A stretch of DNA of 64,000 nucleotides from Pristiophorus japonicus (Eukaryota), in contig NC_091988.1 in the NCBI RefSeq assembly GCF_044704955.1, positions 133,982,001 to 134,046,000 of the forward strand, in the 5' to 3' direction. Positions 1 through 12,724 of this stretch are shown here, piece by piece. The notes under the pieces are model-generated. The model was not told the DNA's origin. It did no database searches and was given only the letters and a program-made list of their open reading frames with translations. The translations under genes and the position numbers were made by a program. How positions within the stretch are numbered: position 1 is the stretch's first letter; each line of letters starts with the position of its first letter.

Positions 1-287
1 TGCACTGGCGCACTGGAGGCGACGTTGAATCTCCGCATCAATGTCTGCTTTTGTTGATAAGAGGCTCCCGAAGTGTGGGAAATGGTCCACGTGGTCTAGA
101 GCTGCGCCGTGAATTTTGATAACTGGGCGTATATGGAGCGTCCTCCTCTGTTTCGGATGCCCCCAAAAGTTTGTCAACATCCTTCGCCTACTCCAAGACG
201 ACATGCAGGCCGTGATCCTTACCAATGGATCCATTAGAGACCCAATCCATGTCCGGACCAGGGTCAAACAGGACTGCGTCATTGCCA
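1..287. mobile_element. RTE fragment with internal inversion
   Basis: 1-127 matches the minus-strand RTE (cf. 53110-53216); 128-287 is RTE in plus sense (WSVLLCFGCPQKFVNILRLLQDDM). Confidence 0.85.
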
Positions 288-805
288 ATTCTACTTGCCC
301 AAACAGCTTGGCAATCTCAACACGAGGGAGGTTTTCACTTTGTGACATGCTGCCATCAGTCATTCTGTGCCCCATTCACAGGCAAGCCCTGTTACTCAAT
401 CACTGGAAAAAGGTAAAAAAGCAGCTAAAATTTCTACCGGAATTTATGTTACATTTCAGCCTCTCTCCTCCAGTGACAGTTAGAAAATTTATGACCAAAT
501 AAAGTCCATAAGTCTTGTGAAACATGCGTGACATGAATTACTTTATCTCCGTGCTTTCAGTTCTGTGACACCGTGGAGCAGAAATTTCTTTTTTTGGGGG
601 GGTGAGGAGTAAAGTCTCATTTGAAAATTTACATTAGTCAATCAAGAATAAGTTTTTGATAAGCCCCACAAAAACTCAGTGCTCAGCCCAGTGTGCAACA
701 GAGACAATATGCCCAGGAAAGATCCATGTCCAAACTGCAGCCAGAATGCTACAATGGACCACAGTATCCTGATCAGGGAAAATAATGTTTCGGCCAGGAT
801 GCTAT

Positions 806-1337
806 AGAATTTAGCCCCTCGAGCCTGTTCTGCCATTCAATGAGATCATGGCTGATCTGCAACCTAACTCCATTTGGCCTATATCCCTTCATACCTTTGG
901 TAAACAAAAATCTATGACTCTCAGATTTAAAATTAACGGATTAGCATCAATTGCCATTTGTGGAAGAGAGTTCCACCCTTTGTGCGTACAAGTGTTTCCT
1001 AATTTCAATCCTGAAAGGTCTGGCTCTAAATTTTAGACTGTGCCCCTTGTCCTAGACTCACCAACCAGCAGAAATAGTTTCTAGCTACCCTATCTGTTCC
1101 CCTTAATCGCTTGAAAATTTTGATCAAATCACCCCATAACCTTCTAAATTCCAGGAAATACAATTCAAGTTTGTGTAATCCCTCCTCGTAATTTAACCTC
1201 TGGAGTCCAGGCATCATTCTGGTAAACCTTCGCTGCACTCCGTCCATGGTGAACACATCCTTACTAAGGTGTGGTGCCCAGAACTGTTCACAGTACTCCA
1301 GGTGTGGTCTAACCAGGGCTTTGTATAGCTTAACCAC
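806..1337 (-). mobile_element. CR1 3' fragment
   Basis: LYKALVRPHLEYC..VQRRFTRMMPG. Confidence 0.9.
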
Positions 1338-2777
1338 AGCTTTGTGACCAGTGACACTTGCAGGAAAGTGAACGAATGAACATTGGGGTAGGATCGAATT
1401 GGACTAGTCTGCAACTCTCCGATGATAGCATGCCAATATCTCGGCCTATACACGGAATAGCCACTTGAGTGAGGTGCAAAAGAGCAGCTGGTACCTGTAG
1501 AATTCTACCCACACACAAGTCAACACCTTGAGGAATGGAGGGGTGGGGAAATACCTTGTATATAGAGATGTTTTTCCACATTGAACAACAAAGTGGGCTG
1601 CAACAGTTAGTGATTTTATTCACTCAGGAATAGTTACAAATCCTACACTCAGCTACATGCAGTTAATCAGTATGGATGCACTGTGCATACATTGGTTGCA
1701 CAAGTTAGACAGCTGTCTACAGTGAAGTGTATAATATCGTCCCTAGAAACATAGACAATTGGGTGAACAATACTGCAGTCACTATAGAGATACTGCACGT
1801 CATATAATGTAGCAACCAGTATCAATTTAAACATTCAGCACTGCAAAGGGACAGTGAAGAGAAGCATTGAGGAAAACACTTGTGCACATGCTTTAGAGTC
1901 ACAAAGGTTATCCCACGACTAATGATGTACCAAAGAATAAGTGGCTGTAAGTGAATAGGATAGCTAGCTCTCGACTATGCTGTTTACACAAGCCGCTGAG
2001 AAATGATGTCACTGCTAATGTCCCCAGGCTGTATCCCGATTAAAATTTCCCATCTGTGGACACTCATTTCTATGGAGGAATAGCAGTGCCCAGCACAGTC
2101 TCACAATACTGTAAGCGTACACTTATGTTCAGTGCACCAAGACATTTTTCTGTTGCCTACTGAAGAAATTTGAGCCAATACAACTCTGGTCTTGTGTTTG
2201 CGAGATTCCACACCTCAATGGACAGTGTGATCCCTTATAAATTTCAGTAAGCAATTCACCGTAACTGGATTAATCATTAGAGCTGAACTGTTAACCTTTA
2301 AGGGCTGAGCTTGCAAAACATACCCTTTTGGTGCAGAGGGACTAAATCAGCTCACGAAAAATGCGACATGACAGTTGAAAGAGAGAGAGGTACCATAAAA
2401 GCCTGAACTGTAACACCCAGCGACATAGTGCTACAAATTTACTGAATAAAATATCAGCAAGATTTCCAATGAGTGGGCAATATTCAATGTTGTGTAATCC
2501 AGCTGTGGGTACAAACAAATTCATCATCTATTTTTTTTTTTTAAGTACACCTCTGAAGCACCTCGAGACATTTTTCTACATAAAGGTGCTAGGTAAATGC
2601 AAATTATTGTTATTGTTTAGCTTTGCATACTGAACACATGGCAGGAATGCTGGCAATGGATTACAACAGGAATTTACAATATGTGCTCCAGGTGAGTGAT
2701 GCTCCGGGCTAGAATCAAATCATTTACTCTGCCCTTAGACAGACACTTGGCTCTCATTGGCCCAGTTGATAAAGGTA

Positions 2778-3205
2778 GTACAGGTTGAACAGGTTAGGCC
2801 TATACTCATTGGAGTTTAGAAAACTGAGAGGTGATCTTATTGAAATGTATAAGATTCTGAGGGGGCTTGACAGGGTAGATGCACGGAGGATGCTTCCCCT
2901 CATAGGGGAATCTAAAACTAGAGGGCATAGTTTCAGGTCGCCCATTTAAAACAGAAATGAGGAGGAATTTCTTCTCAGAGGGTAGTGAATCTTTGGAATT
3001 CTCTACCCCAGAGAGCTGTGGAGGCTGGGTCATTGAATATATTTAAGGTGGAGATAGACAGATTTTTGAACGATAAGGGAGTCAAGGGTTTTGGGGAGCG
3101 GGTTGAGGCCATGATCGGATCAGCCATGATCGTATTGAATGGTGGAGCAGGCTCAAAGGGCCAAATGGCCTACACCTGCTCCTATTTCTAATATTCTTAT
3201 CTTAT
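2778..3205 (+). mobile_element. CR1 3' fragment
   Basis: NLWNSLPQRAVEA and CR1 3' UTR. Confidence 0.9.
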
Positions 3206-3229
3206 TAGTAGCAACTACGCAATCCACAT

Positions 3230-3990
3230 CAGGAAAGTCCCAGTCACGATTCCCAGTCTGTACCACATTAACTAGTATCAACTGGCTAATGGTAATGGGA
3301 CTAAATTGGTCTTCGCACTGTTAGGGAAGGAGGGGGAAATAATCAGCCAATGTTCCCATTCTTGCTGGCGATCCAGTGATTTCTGTTGGAAACCGTACAT
3401 GCACAGACATCAGGAGAGATAGAAATGCGTGCAACTGCAATGATTTGCCAGGTCAAATAGCCTGCTGGCACTCGATGCTGAGACACAATCCTGAAAAATG
3501 GACATATAGGATCATGCTTCAGTCAGGCTTTTAACCCATTGTTGCTGCACGGTCTTAGAGCCACAAAAAAGCAATTCCTAAAAAAAAAGAACGCTTCATT
3601 AAAAAAAAGGAATCACGAGCAAACTTAGTCGAGGTTGATTCCATAATGGACTACTCAGTACAAAAACTGTCACTGTTGTATTAAGCCATACAGGCCGTAA
3701 GCTTCTTATTCTATTCCTAGTCTATGGCAAGTTACAGAATGTCAGTTGGGTGGTAATAGGGGTGCTAAATCTGCCTCAGAACCTCAGACTCAGGGCCATC
3801 ACTCCAGTCACACTCATTAGAAGTGCAGGAGTGGGGAAGTCAGGCAAGGACAGGATTGGGTATGAATGAGAAGCACCTCACGATCAAATAGCCAAGGACA
3901 AAATCAGGCATGGTTGTCATGCCTTTCACAGAAAATGATCTGTGGACATTCACTGCCTAGGTGTACATGCAAAGAATTTCCCCTTGGGAA
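3230..3990 (+). mobile_element. Two ancient AmnSINE2-like SINE remnants (others at about 1340-1480, 29760-29990, 34200-34450, 37240-37550(-), 40080-40290, 50290-50570)
   Basis: Recurrent degenerate blocks (cagcca..ttcc..tcctgatcgc.atccagtga..ctgctggaaa..ggacaggattggg..tcaaatagcc); family name from recall. Confidence 0.55.
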
Positions 3991-4649
3991 AGTACTGAAG
4001 GGCTGCCAACACCCACAGAATCATATCCTGGTAGCAGCCAGGGCCTTTGGAGGGAAACAACGGGGTAGAGAATTAGCCGAGAAAAACCCACTGTACAGCA
4101 CGGACCAAGAATTAATTTTCATTTCATCAAGGGATAGCTTAGATAATGACAGTATATGGGGCTCAATTTTCCAGGGTCATTGGCACCGTTTTTTATGCGC
4201 GCGCTGTTTTTTCTGGCATAATTATTTAATTCAAAGTTTTCCCTGGAATCTGCGCCGGTGTAACTGCTTTAGTTACGATTTTTCTACGTCTGTGCCAGTT
4301 TTCAGCATTTTTCGCAGTTTGCCCAAAATTTTTTCATCCGAGATCGGCGTACCTGGCCACTCCCAAAAAACCTTTAACAGCAAACAGCGCACATTGAAAA
4401 ATCGGCACTGAAAGACACCATTGTTTATCATCAAAGTTTTTGGAAGGAGTCTCTAACACTTGAAATATCCATAATAAAGTTCAACTTTTTTTTTTACCCT
4501 TTCAACGGATTACATGGAAGTTTCTTGGATTTCTGAAGTTTTCATTTTCTTTTACTCACACACCACCACCGAACGTCTTCAAGCAGGGCAGTTGGGAGGG
4601 GTCATAGCATCGGCCATCAGAATCAGCCCCGTGCTCGGACACGGGCTCC

Positions 4650-5626
4650 GCTGGCAAACAGACCTGCAACCTAGAAGTGTCATGAGGACTGCTTTGTCAG
4701 TTGAATTGAGGGTTACAACTGCACTTTCATTCTATGCCTCCGGATCGTTTCAAGCTACAACTGGGGCTGTGTGTGCTATTTCTCAACATGCAATACATGT
4801 CTACATTCGGCAGGTGACAGCTGCAACATATGCACGGAGGAATGATTACATAAAGTTCCCCATGACCACCCAGGCAATGTGTGAAAGGGCTGTGGGCTTC
4901 TCCAGGATTGCTGGCTTCCCAAAGGTATACGGCTGCATTGATTGTACCATCACATTGCGAGTACTTTTGGAGGATTCCGAGAACTTTTGAAGGATTCCGA
5001 GATGTACAGGAACAGAAAAAGCTTCCACTCTATCAATGTACAGCTCATGTGTGACGACATGCATCGCATCATGTCAGTCGATGCAAGATACCCTGGGAGC
5101 ATCCATGATGCCTTCATCTTACGCGAGAGCTTTATATCTGCCATGTTTCAGCAACAGCCAGAAGAGCAGAGCTGGCTACTGAGAGACAAAGGGTACGGCC
5201 TCGCCACCTAGCTCATGACACCCCTACGCGTAACCCAGAAGGAAGCTGACCGGGAATATCACATGTTGCACATTGCGATGCGCAGCATCATAGAGAGGAC
5301 CATTGGCATCTTGAAGCAGCCTGGACCATTTCGGAGGCTACTTGCTATACTCCCTTGAGATTGTTGGTCAGTTCACTGCTGTATGCTGCATTCTGCATAA
5401 CTTAGCCATCATGAGGCAGCAGCACCTGGTAGTAGAAGACCCACCTGCGGTGAGAGTGGCTGTTGATAATGATGAGGAAGATCTAGATGACGAGCAGGAG
5501 GATGAGGAAGCCATGCAAGTACCTGAACCCAAAGCACAACGGCGGAGGAGGGCGGGGTATCGTGCCCCTTTAACGATTGCTCAAGCCTTACGCCAGCAGC
5601 TCATCCGTGAACGCTTTGCTGCCTGA
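4650..5626 (+). pseudogene. Harbinger (HARBI1-like) DDE transposase, disrupted
   Basis: ORFs 4514..4990, 4942..5211 and 5342..5626 give ALSFYASGSFQ, GFPKVYGCIDCT, YRNRKSFHSINVQLMCD, ARYPGSIHDAFIL, LLRDKGY, RSIIERTIGILK, CCILHNLA; frameshifts, TAG at 5209, short tandem duplication at about 4964-5000, N-terminus deleted. Confidence 0.93.
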
Positions 5627-6069
5627 AGGCTCAGCAACAACTATACCACATGGACCATGTTTACTGTTTGGACCTGTTCTGTAATGTTGTTTTGTGTTAG
5701 TGGAAGAAATGATGGAAATGATTCTTGTTTACTTCAAAAGTTGTGTTAATAATCGAATAATGGAAATGATTCAGATTTAATGTAAAATATATTTTATTCA
5801 AAAGTTCAACAAACAGTTCTTTGTACTTAACTTTAATAAAATTATTCTTGTATCAAACTTTAAAGTTTTCAGTTACAATCACTTACAAACTTTAAGATCA
5901 CTTACTAACTTTTAAACTTGTAAATTTACATAACTTACAAAAATCTTTTAATTTGAGAACAGTTACAACAGTAACAAAAATAACAGCAGCAAAGAATGGC
6001 TGCACCCATCGCTCCTCCACCTTATTTTAAGATCCCCCCGCCACGTTTGTTCTTGGTGACACCATCACT

Positions 6070-7756
6070 GCCCGCAGGCAGCGCGCAGTGTTTCTGGGGT
6101 TGGTACCAAGCTTATTCTTTCTAAGATCTTGGGTAGTGCGCACCTGTTGAGGGGGGCAGGGCGGGCAGTTCTTGGGGCTCTTCAGAGACTGGTGTGGGGA
6201 TTGGATTGGGAGTGGCAGTTGATTCTGCCAATGGGCACGGGGTCTGGGCGTGATCCCTTATTGCAGCAGCTAACTCCAATATGCCGTCCCTCATGCTCCC
6301 CGACAGTGTCTCAAACGCTCTGCAACATTCTCTCCCTCATGTTGAGCAAAACTGTCTCAACTACCTGTGACATTCCCTCCCTCATGGTCACTGACATGGT
6401 TTCAGCTGACTGAGATATTCCCTCACTCATGGTCCCGGACATCGTTCCTATTTCTTGTGAGAGTGTTGTTACTTCTCCCGACAGTCCCACTACCTCATCC
6501 ACCCGACTGATGGTGTCCAGGAGTGATCACGTAAGGTCAATGCTCTCCTCACTCACTGCCATCATCTGAACCACATCTGTTAGATCCTGCACCTCAGGAG
6601 AGCGCGGTCAAGCTCTCCTTCCCCTCCTCCCCATGAATGTGGCCCGCACCCCATCAGTGGGATCCGCAGTCTCGGAAGGTGGGACCCCGAGTGTGCCTGG
6701 CTGCACACACCACTGGCTCGAAGGGCCGAATGGCCTACTCCTGCACCTATTTTCTATGTTTCTAACCCGCAGCCTCGCTGCACCACACCACTGGGACCCC
6801 GCAGCCTCGGATGTTAGGAAACCGTGGAATGTCCCACCAACACTCAAACCACTAGTCATGGAAGGGGCTGGCACCTCAATGGGCAGCACCTGCACCTCCA
6901 CCAAAGTCAGTAAAACATTGGGGGCTTCATCAATCTCCATACCCTCCCCCTTACCCCCATGCTCTTGGTCTGGAGGATGAGATTGGAAGATGCTCTCCTC
7001 TCCAGGCTCGCCCTCGTCTGAATCTTCTTCTGCATCGTCAGGGTTGGCCTCAAGTTCTGCAAAATATAACAGAACAGAGGAGGGGGCAGGGTGGGTGGCA
7101 TGAGTAGGCTCACAGCGCAAGTAGCAGGCTGATTTGAAGGACCACGATGAATGATAGCACATTGAATCAACTGAAGCGTAGCTGACGGAGACAGTTCCAG
7201 GAATCAAAGCATGGCTAGCCCGCGCAGGACTTAATATTTAGCAAAGCCAGACTATAGAATTTGCAGGACTTGTCCTCTCCCTCGAGTGTGGGCTCAGCTT
7301 GTGCAGTGATGGTTGCTTTTCTCCAGGCAGGACCCATCAAAGCAGTGACCCGCTCTTCTAAGAGTGTCAGTGAGTGCAGATTTGCCGGGCCTCCTCCTGT
7401 TCGAGTTCTTTCCCTTTTATTATATGCCACCTTCCTCTGCAAAGGTGAAAATGAAACTTTTTAGAGAGGGTGTCTTTCTGCTGGTACATATACAGCTGGT
7501 CACATTTACAATTGCCATTCCAGTGAATGAATGAAAATATTACTTACACTAAGTCATGCCACTTCTTTTCACACTGGCCTCCAGATCTCGTGGTGGTCAC
7601 CATTGCGCAGTAATCTTCTGCAACTTGGTTCCAACGGTTCTTCATTTCTTTGGGTGGAACTTTGATGTCCAGCTCCTGCCATCTGGTCTCAATCACAGTA
7701 ACTAGTGCCTCCACTTCATCCTGTAAGAAATTTTTGGTCCTTGCAACGCGTTTCAT
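6070..7756 (-). pseudogene. Harbinger Myb/SANT-like DNA-binding protein gene, 3 exons, disrupted
   Basis: Exon 1 7756-7548 (NFLQDEVEALV..W..RWNQVAED..RSGGQCEKKWHDL, donor GTAAGT); exon 2 7436-about 7274 (KRERTRTGGGP..LTLLEERVTALMG, donor mutated); exon 3 from 7056 (acidic tract, then a repetitive helical segment in ORF 6311..6502). Confidence 0.85.
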
Positions 7757-7826
7757 CTTGTATTGCTGCAGATCTGATTTTTCCAATGTGCTCACACAGC
7801 ACTCCTTCTCACACAACTGGCTCTTT

Positions 7827-8941
7827 GGGCCCAAGTTTCCACAAGAAAAAAAACGGGCGCCCCTCCGAACTGGGCGCCCGTTTTTCGCACCTAAAACGGC
7901 GTCTAAAAAAATCCTCGGTAGTCTCCACCGACTTACAGGTCCTGTGGCCCTCGGCGCAGCCAGCACGAGCTGTGGGGGGGGCGGAGCCAGGTCCCTGCGC
8001 TGAAAACAGTGCCGGGACCTCTGCACATGCGCGCTACAGTCGGCATGCAAGTGCAGTAGCTCCAGGCGCCGAACTGTGTGGGAGGGGCCCAAAGCACGCA
8101 GCCCCTAGCCCTGGCTGAATGGCCTCGCTGGGGCTGCGTGGATAAGGCTCCTCCCATGGCCAGCTCCTGCTCCCCCCCCCCCGACCCGAGACCCGCTCTT
8201 CCCCCCCCCCCCCCGACCCGACACCCAAGACCCGCTCCCCCCCCGACCCGACCCGACACCCGCTCTCCCCCCCCCCCCGCCCCGACCCGACACCCGCTCC
8301 CCCCCGCCAGAGACCCGAGACCTGCTCTCCCCCCCCCGCCCCGAGTCCCGCTCCCCCTCCCCGACCCGACACCCGCTCCCCCCCCCCCGACCCGACACCC
8401 ACCCGCTCTCTCTCTCTCTCTCTCTCCCTCCCTCCCTCCCTCAGCGGCACGAACAGCTGCAGAATTCTCCCTGGCTGAAGCACTTTCACACAGGTAGGAA
8501 GATGGTTTATTTAATCTTTTCTTGGCTTATAAATGTTTATTCAGGTTGGATTTATTTGTATAATATTTGTAGAAGTATAAATAAGGATTTATTGTCAAAT
8601 TTAATGAGTTCCCTTCCCCCCCACCTCGTTCTGGACGCCTAATTTGTAACCTGCGCCTGATTTTTTAATGTGTAGAACAGGTTTTTTCAGTTCTACAAAA
8701 ATCTTCACTGGCGCCATTCTACTTTAGTTTGGAGTACATTTTCACTGTGGAAACTTTCAAATCAGGCGTCAGTGGCCGGACACGCCCCCTTTTGAAGAAA
8801 AAATTCTGTTCTAAACTAGAACTGTTCTACCTGACTAGAACTGCAGAAAAAAAAATGTGAAGAATTGCGATTTCTAAAATAGTCCGTTCTCCACCAGTTG
8901 CTCCTAAAAATCAGGCGCGAATCATGTGGAAACTTGGGCCC
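7827..8941. mobile_element. Non-autonomous Harbinger-type element (MITE) copy 1, nested in the larger Harbinger
   Basis: Perfect 16-bp TIR GGGCCCAAGTTTCCAC / GTGGAAACTTGGGCCC; internal C-rich CCCGACCCG repeats; homologous to 10365-11756; TSD not clean (TTT/TAA). Confidence 0.9.
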
Positions 8942-9959
8942 TAAAAAACTGGCCGATTGCCAACCCGGAGCTGTACTGCACATGCGCGTCCATTGATATA
9001 TCAAAAACGTCATTTTTTTTTGTCGCGCGTACGCAGAAGGTGCAGTGTCATTATTTCGCTGCAGGCAGCAGGTTCCACCCCCCCGAGGTGACAAGACACG
9101 CTGCGAGGCGCCAAATTTGAATTATACATCGGGGAAACTTTGGCAAAATATTTCTGCCGCATTTCTGGCCTAGTAAAACCGGTGCAACTCTGGCAAACAC
9201 CAGAATATGGGCTCGGGCAAAATTGTGCCCATAAATTCAGGAAGTCAGAGCTTGCAGAAGTGGGGAATGCCCATGAGACTTCCTACCCTTGCCTGTACTG
9301 CTTGGTGGAATTTCTAGTGCACTATTCTATCAGCAGCTATTATTTCATAAGAAAAACTCCCATGCATTTTTTCTGTAAGTTTTGGTAGTAAATTCTGGTT
9401 TCACAGGTCTAATTGTTGATTTTGTTCTCCCCCAACACACCACCAAAAGAGGAAGGAAGGAAGGAATTCAGCAGGGTTACTTTGTGACATTAGCTGAATC
9501 ATTTTGTTTTCAGGATATAATCGTATCCTGAAAAATTCTAAACACATTTTATTGTTAAAAGACTCCCATTGTCCCACTTCAATGTCTTCTTAGCTAAAGT
9601 AAAATCCAAATGCATTGTTTCATCTCCAATAATTTACATTTATGTAGTAAGACATACCAAGGCACTTCACAGGAGCATAATCAGACACCAAGCCGAAGGA
9701 GATGACATTAGGACAGAGGTAGGTTTTAAGGAGTGTCTTAAAAGAGAGTGAGGTAGAGAGACAGAGAGGTTTAGGGAAGGATTTCCAGAACTTAGGGCCT
9801 AGAAAGCTGAAGACATGCCTAACAATGGTGGGGCAAAGGAAAGGGGGCTGCACAAGAGGCTAGAAATGGAGGAACAGAGTTCTAATCTACTGAGAACTAT
9901 TCCTTCAACAGCTTTTTTGTTGCACCTCAAGATAGGGATTTTAGTACTGAAAGATGGAA

Positions 9960-10310
9960 CATTTCTGGCTCTCAGCCAACATCAAGCACTCCCAGATAAA
10001 ATACAGCACTCTCAGCTGAGGTAATGTTTCCTATACTCTGTCAAATGTGCCTCTATACCAACCTATTACAAAAATGTAACATATTCTACTTCCTGGATGA
10101 ACTGTGACACCGAATGATATCACAATTCACTGCCAATTGGTGGTGAATTCGAGATAATTTGGTGGCCGAGTCCCCAAGAACTGGGTTGAGACTGCTGAAA
10201 CTCATTTCTACATAGGACCTTCAATGCCAACAGACAGGAGAGTTTCTCATTGGTCTGAGCTAGATTTGAAACCAGATTGTAAGGATGAAGAGAATGACAA
10301 TCTACTATAC
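9960..10310 (-). mobile_element. Ancient LF-SINE-like element
   Basis: Minus strand has B-box-like GGTTTCAAATC, CCTATGTAGAAATGAGTT, GTCTCAACCCAGTTC, CACCACCAATTGGCA and GAGGCACATT, collinear with the LF-SINE consensus as I recall it. Confidence 0.6.
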
Positions 10311-10364
10311 CACCCAACTTCCATTAATTCTCAGCGCTACTGGTAGAATCACCAACAATACAAT

Positions 10365-11756
10365 GGGCCCAAGTTTCGAGCCGCGCGGAGAACGGCGCAG
10401 TCCCGACCTGGACGCCCGTTTTTCGCGCCACAAAGTGCGCCTTAAAAAAACCTCCAGATTCTCCACCTCCCTGCAGGTCCTCTGGCGCAGCGCAGCAGGA
10501 GCTGTAGGGGGCGGAGCCAGGTCCCTGCACTGAAAACAGTGCCGGGACCTCTGCACATGCGCGCTACAGTGGGCACGCAAGTGCAGTAGCTCCAGGCGCC
10601 CGAAACTGTGGGAGGGGCCCGAAGCACGCAGCCCCTAGCCCTGGCCCAATGGCCTCACTGGGGCTGCGTGAATAAGGCTGCCTCCCACGTCGAGCTCCTG
10701 CTTCCTCCCGACCCGACTCGACTCCCGCTTCCGGACCCGACACCCGCTCCCGCCCCCGGATCGGACTCGACACCCGCTTTCCCCCCCCCCCCACAGACTG
10801 GATCTGACCTGACCTCCCTCTCCCTCCCTCCCTCCCTCCTCCCGACCCGACCTCCCTCCCTCCCACCACCCCCCCCGACCCGACCCAACGCCAACCACCT
10901 GTAAATCTGGTGCTGGGGATGGGCCCTGCCCGAAGTCTCGGGCCCGGCCCGTTCAGCCTCCTTCCCCCACCCCCACCCCCCCAAATCTCCTTTCCCCTCC
11001 CCCAAATCTCCTTTCCCCCCCCCCCCAAATCTCCTTTCCCCCCTCCAAATCTCCTTTCCCCCCCCCAAATCTCCTTTTTCCCCCCCATCTCCTTTATCCT
11101 CTTCTCCCCCTCCTCCCCTCACTGTCAGAAACACAGACACTGACAGACAGAGAATGAGACACACACAGACAGACAGAAAGATAGAGACATTGACAGAGAC
11201 ACAATAGGGGGGCATCCCAGCACGCTGTTGGAGGGCTCCCGGTGCTGCAGTCGGTAAGTAGAAAATGTTTTATTTATTGATTTAAAAAAAAATATTTCTT
11301 ATTAATTTTTTTTGATTGATTTATTGGTTGATTTATTGATGTATTTATCATTTATTATTGATGATGGCTCTTTATTTGTAAAACTGAAGTGTTTAATGTT
11401 TGTAAACTTCCCTTTAAACACCCCCCCCCCCACCCCACCACCATTCCCTACGCCTGATTTGTAACCTACGCCTGATTTTCTAAAGTGTAGACAAGGTTTT
11501 TTCGAGCGTACAAAAATCTTCACTTATTCCATTCTAAGTTAATTTGGAGTAAGTTTTCACTCACGAAACTTTGAAATCAGGCGTAACTAGCTGGACACGC
11601 CCCCTTTTGAAAAAAAAATTCTGTTCCAAAGTGAAACTGTTCTTACTGACTAGAACTGGAGCAAACTAAATGACGAGAATTCCGATTTCTAAGATACTCC
11701 GTTCTACACCAGTTGCTCCTAAAAATCAGGAGCAAATCATGTGGAAACTTGGGGCC
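10365..11756. mobile_element. Non-autonomous Harbinger-type element (MITE) copy 2
   Basis: TIR GGGCCCAAGTTTC / GAAACTTGGGGCC; perfect 3-bp TSD AAT (10362-10364, 11757-11759); internal tandem CCCCAAATCTCCTTTCCC repeats at about 10980-11090. Confidence 0.92.
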
Positions 11757-12724
11757 AATACTACTACTTCTGATTTTGAAAAATCTTTTCATATCAAGCA
11801 GATGTGCATTCCTGCTACTCTGCCAAAGTCATTTTTAAAAGCCAGAGACTGCTAAATCCCCAGCCACCTTCAGCCATACCCAATTTTTCTAGACAGCAAA
11901 TTGCAGTAATGGCTGCAGCTGCTCATTATCATGTCTCTCACTTCAACTGCTCTGGAGGAAGATGGGACCACCTGGGTTAGAAGTGTATTAGTACTTTTAA
12001 GAAGAGCCCTCCCTGGGGCACAAAGATAGAATCTACCCTTCTTCCTGAAATCTATGCACTTAAAGAAAAATAACTTATTTCATAATGTACCTGTCAGTTT
12101 AAGGATGCAAGAATATATAATCCTGCTATTAGAGTGCCTTATTTTAGGGAATTTTGCCACTGGTACACCTGAATATATGTACCATCTAATGTACATTTGC
12201 AAGGTTTGTAAAATTCAGACCTACTGATTTTGTAAGAGCATTTTAATACAATGTTTACTAAGTAACTAGACTATAACCAACAAAATAACCCTAACACTCT
12301 TCCAAGAATCAAAATTCTAATCTTGAGAAATGTTGCAATAGTCCCACGATCCCACAAACTGCATTAATAGGATGCCACTAACCCACATTTCCCATTGCAT
12401 TTTCACATTTTTTTCAGAAATGAAACCCACACCACATAGAACGACAGATGCTTGGGGAGTTAAAGGCTGGGAACTTAATTTTCGCAGCTCAATGCACTCA
12501 CAAGGTATCGTACATTATACAGCACTACATGCACAGAGTGAATTTTGTCAGTGAATTTCAGATTACCCTGTAAAATACACATTCTTAAGTCAGAATATAT
12601 AGATTTGTCATTTTGCAGCCTTTATTTAATTGTACACACCAAATGTTCTTCACGGTCAACCACCCTCAGTGCTGCAGCAAGACACATCACTGGCTAATTA
12701 TCAAGCAGGAATAGGGGAAAGAGA

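Larger units (their letters stand above)
4158..9230. mobile_element. Decayed autonomous-type PIF/Harbinger DNA transposon (transposase and Myb/SANT genes, convergent)
   Basis: Imperfect TIRs GGGCTCAATTTT (4159-4170) / AAAATTGTGCCC (9219-9230), flanks ATG/ATA; contains both characteristic genes. Confidence 0.85.

Noticed and set aside
4514-5626. Domesticated HARBI1 gene
   Set aside because: Frameshifts, a premature stop, TIRs and the adjacent Myb gene show a decayed transposon, not the conserved host gene.
7933-8497. Gly/Pro/Arg-rich ORFs here and at 10564-11215
   Set aside because: Translations of C-rich tandem repeats inside TIR-bounded MITEs.
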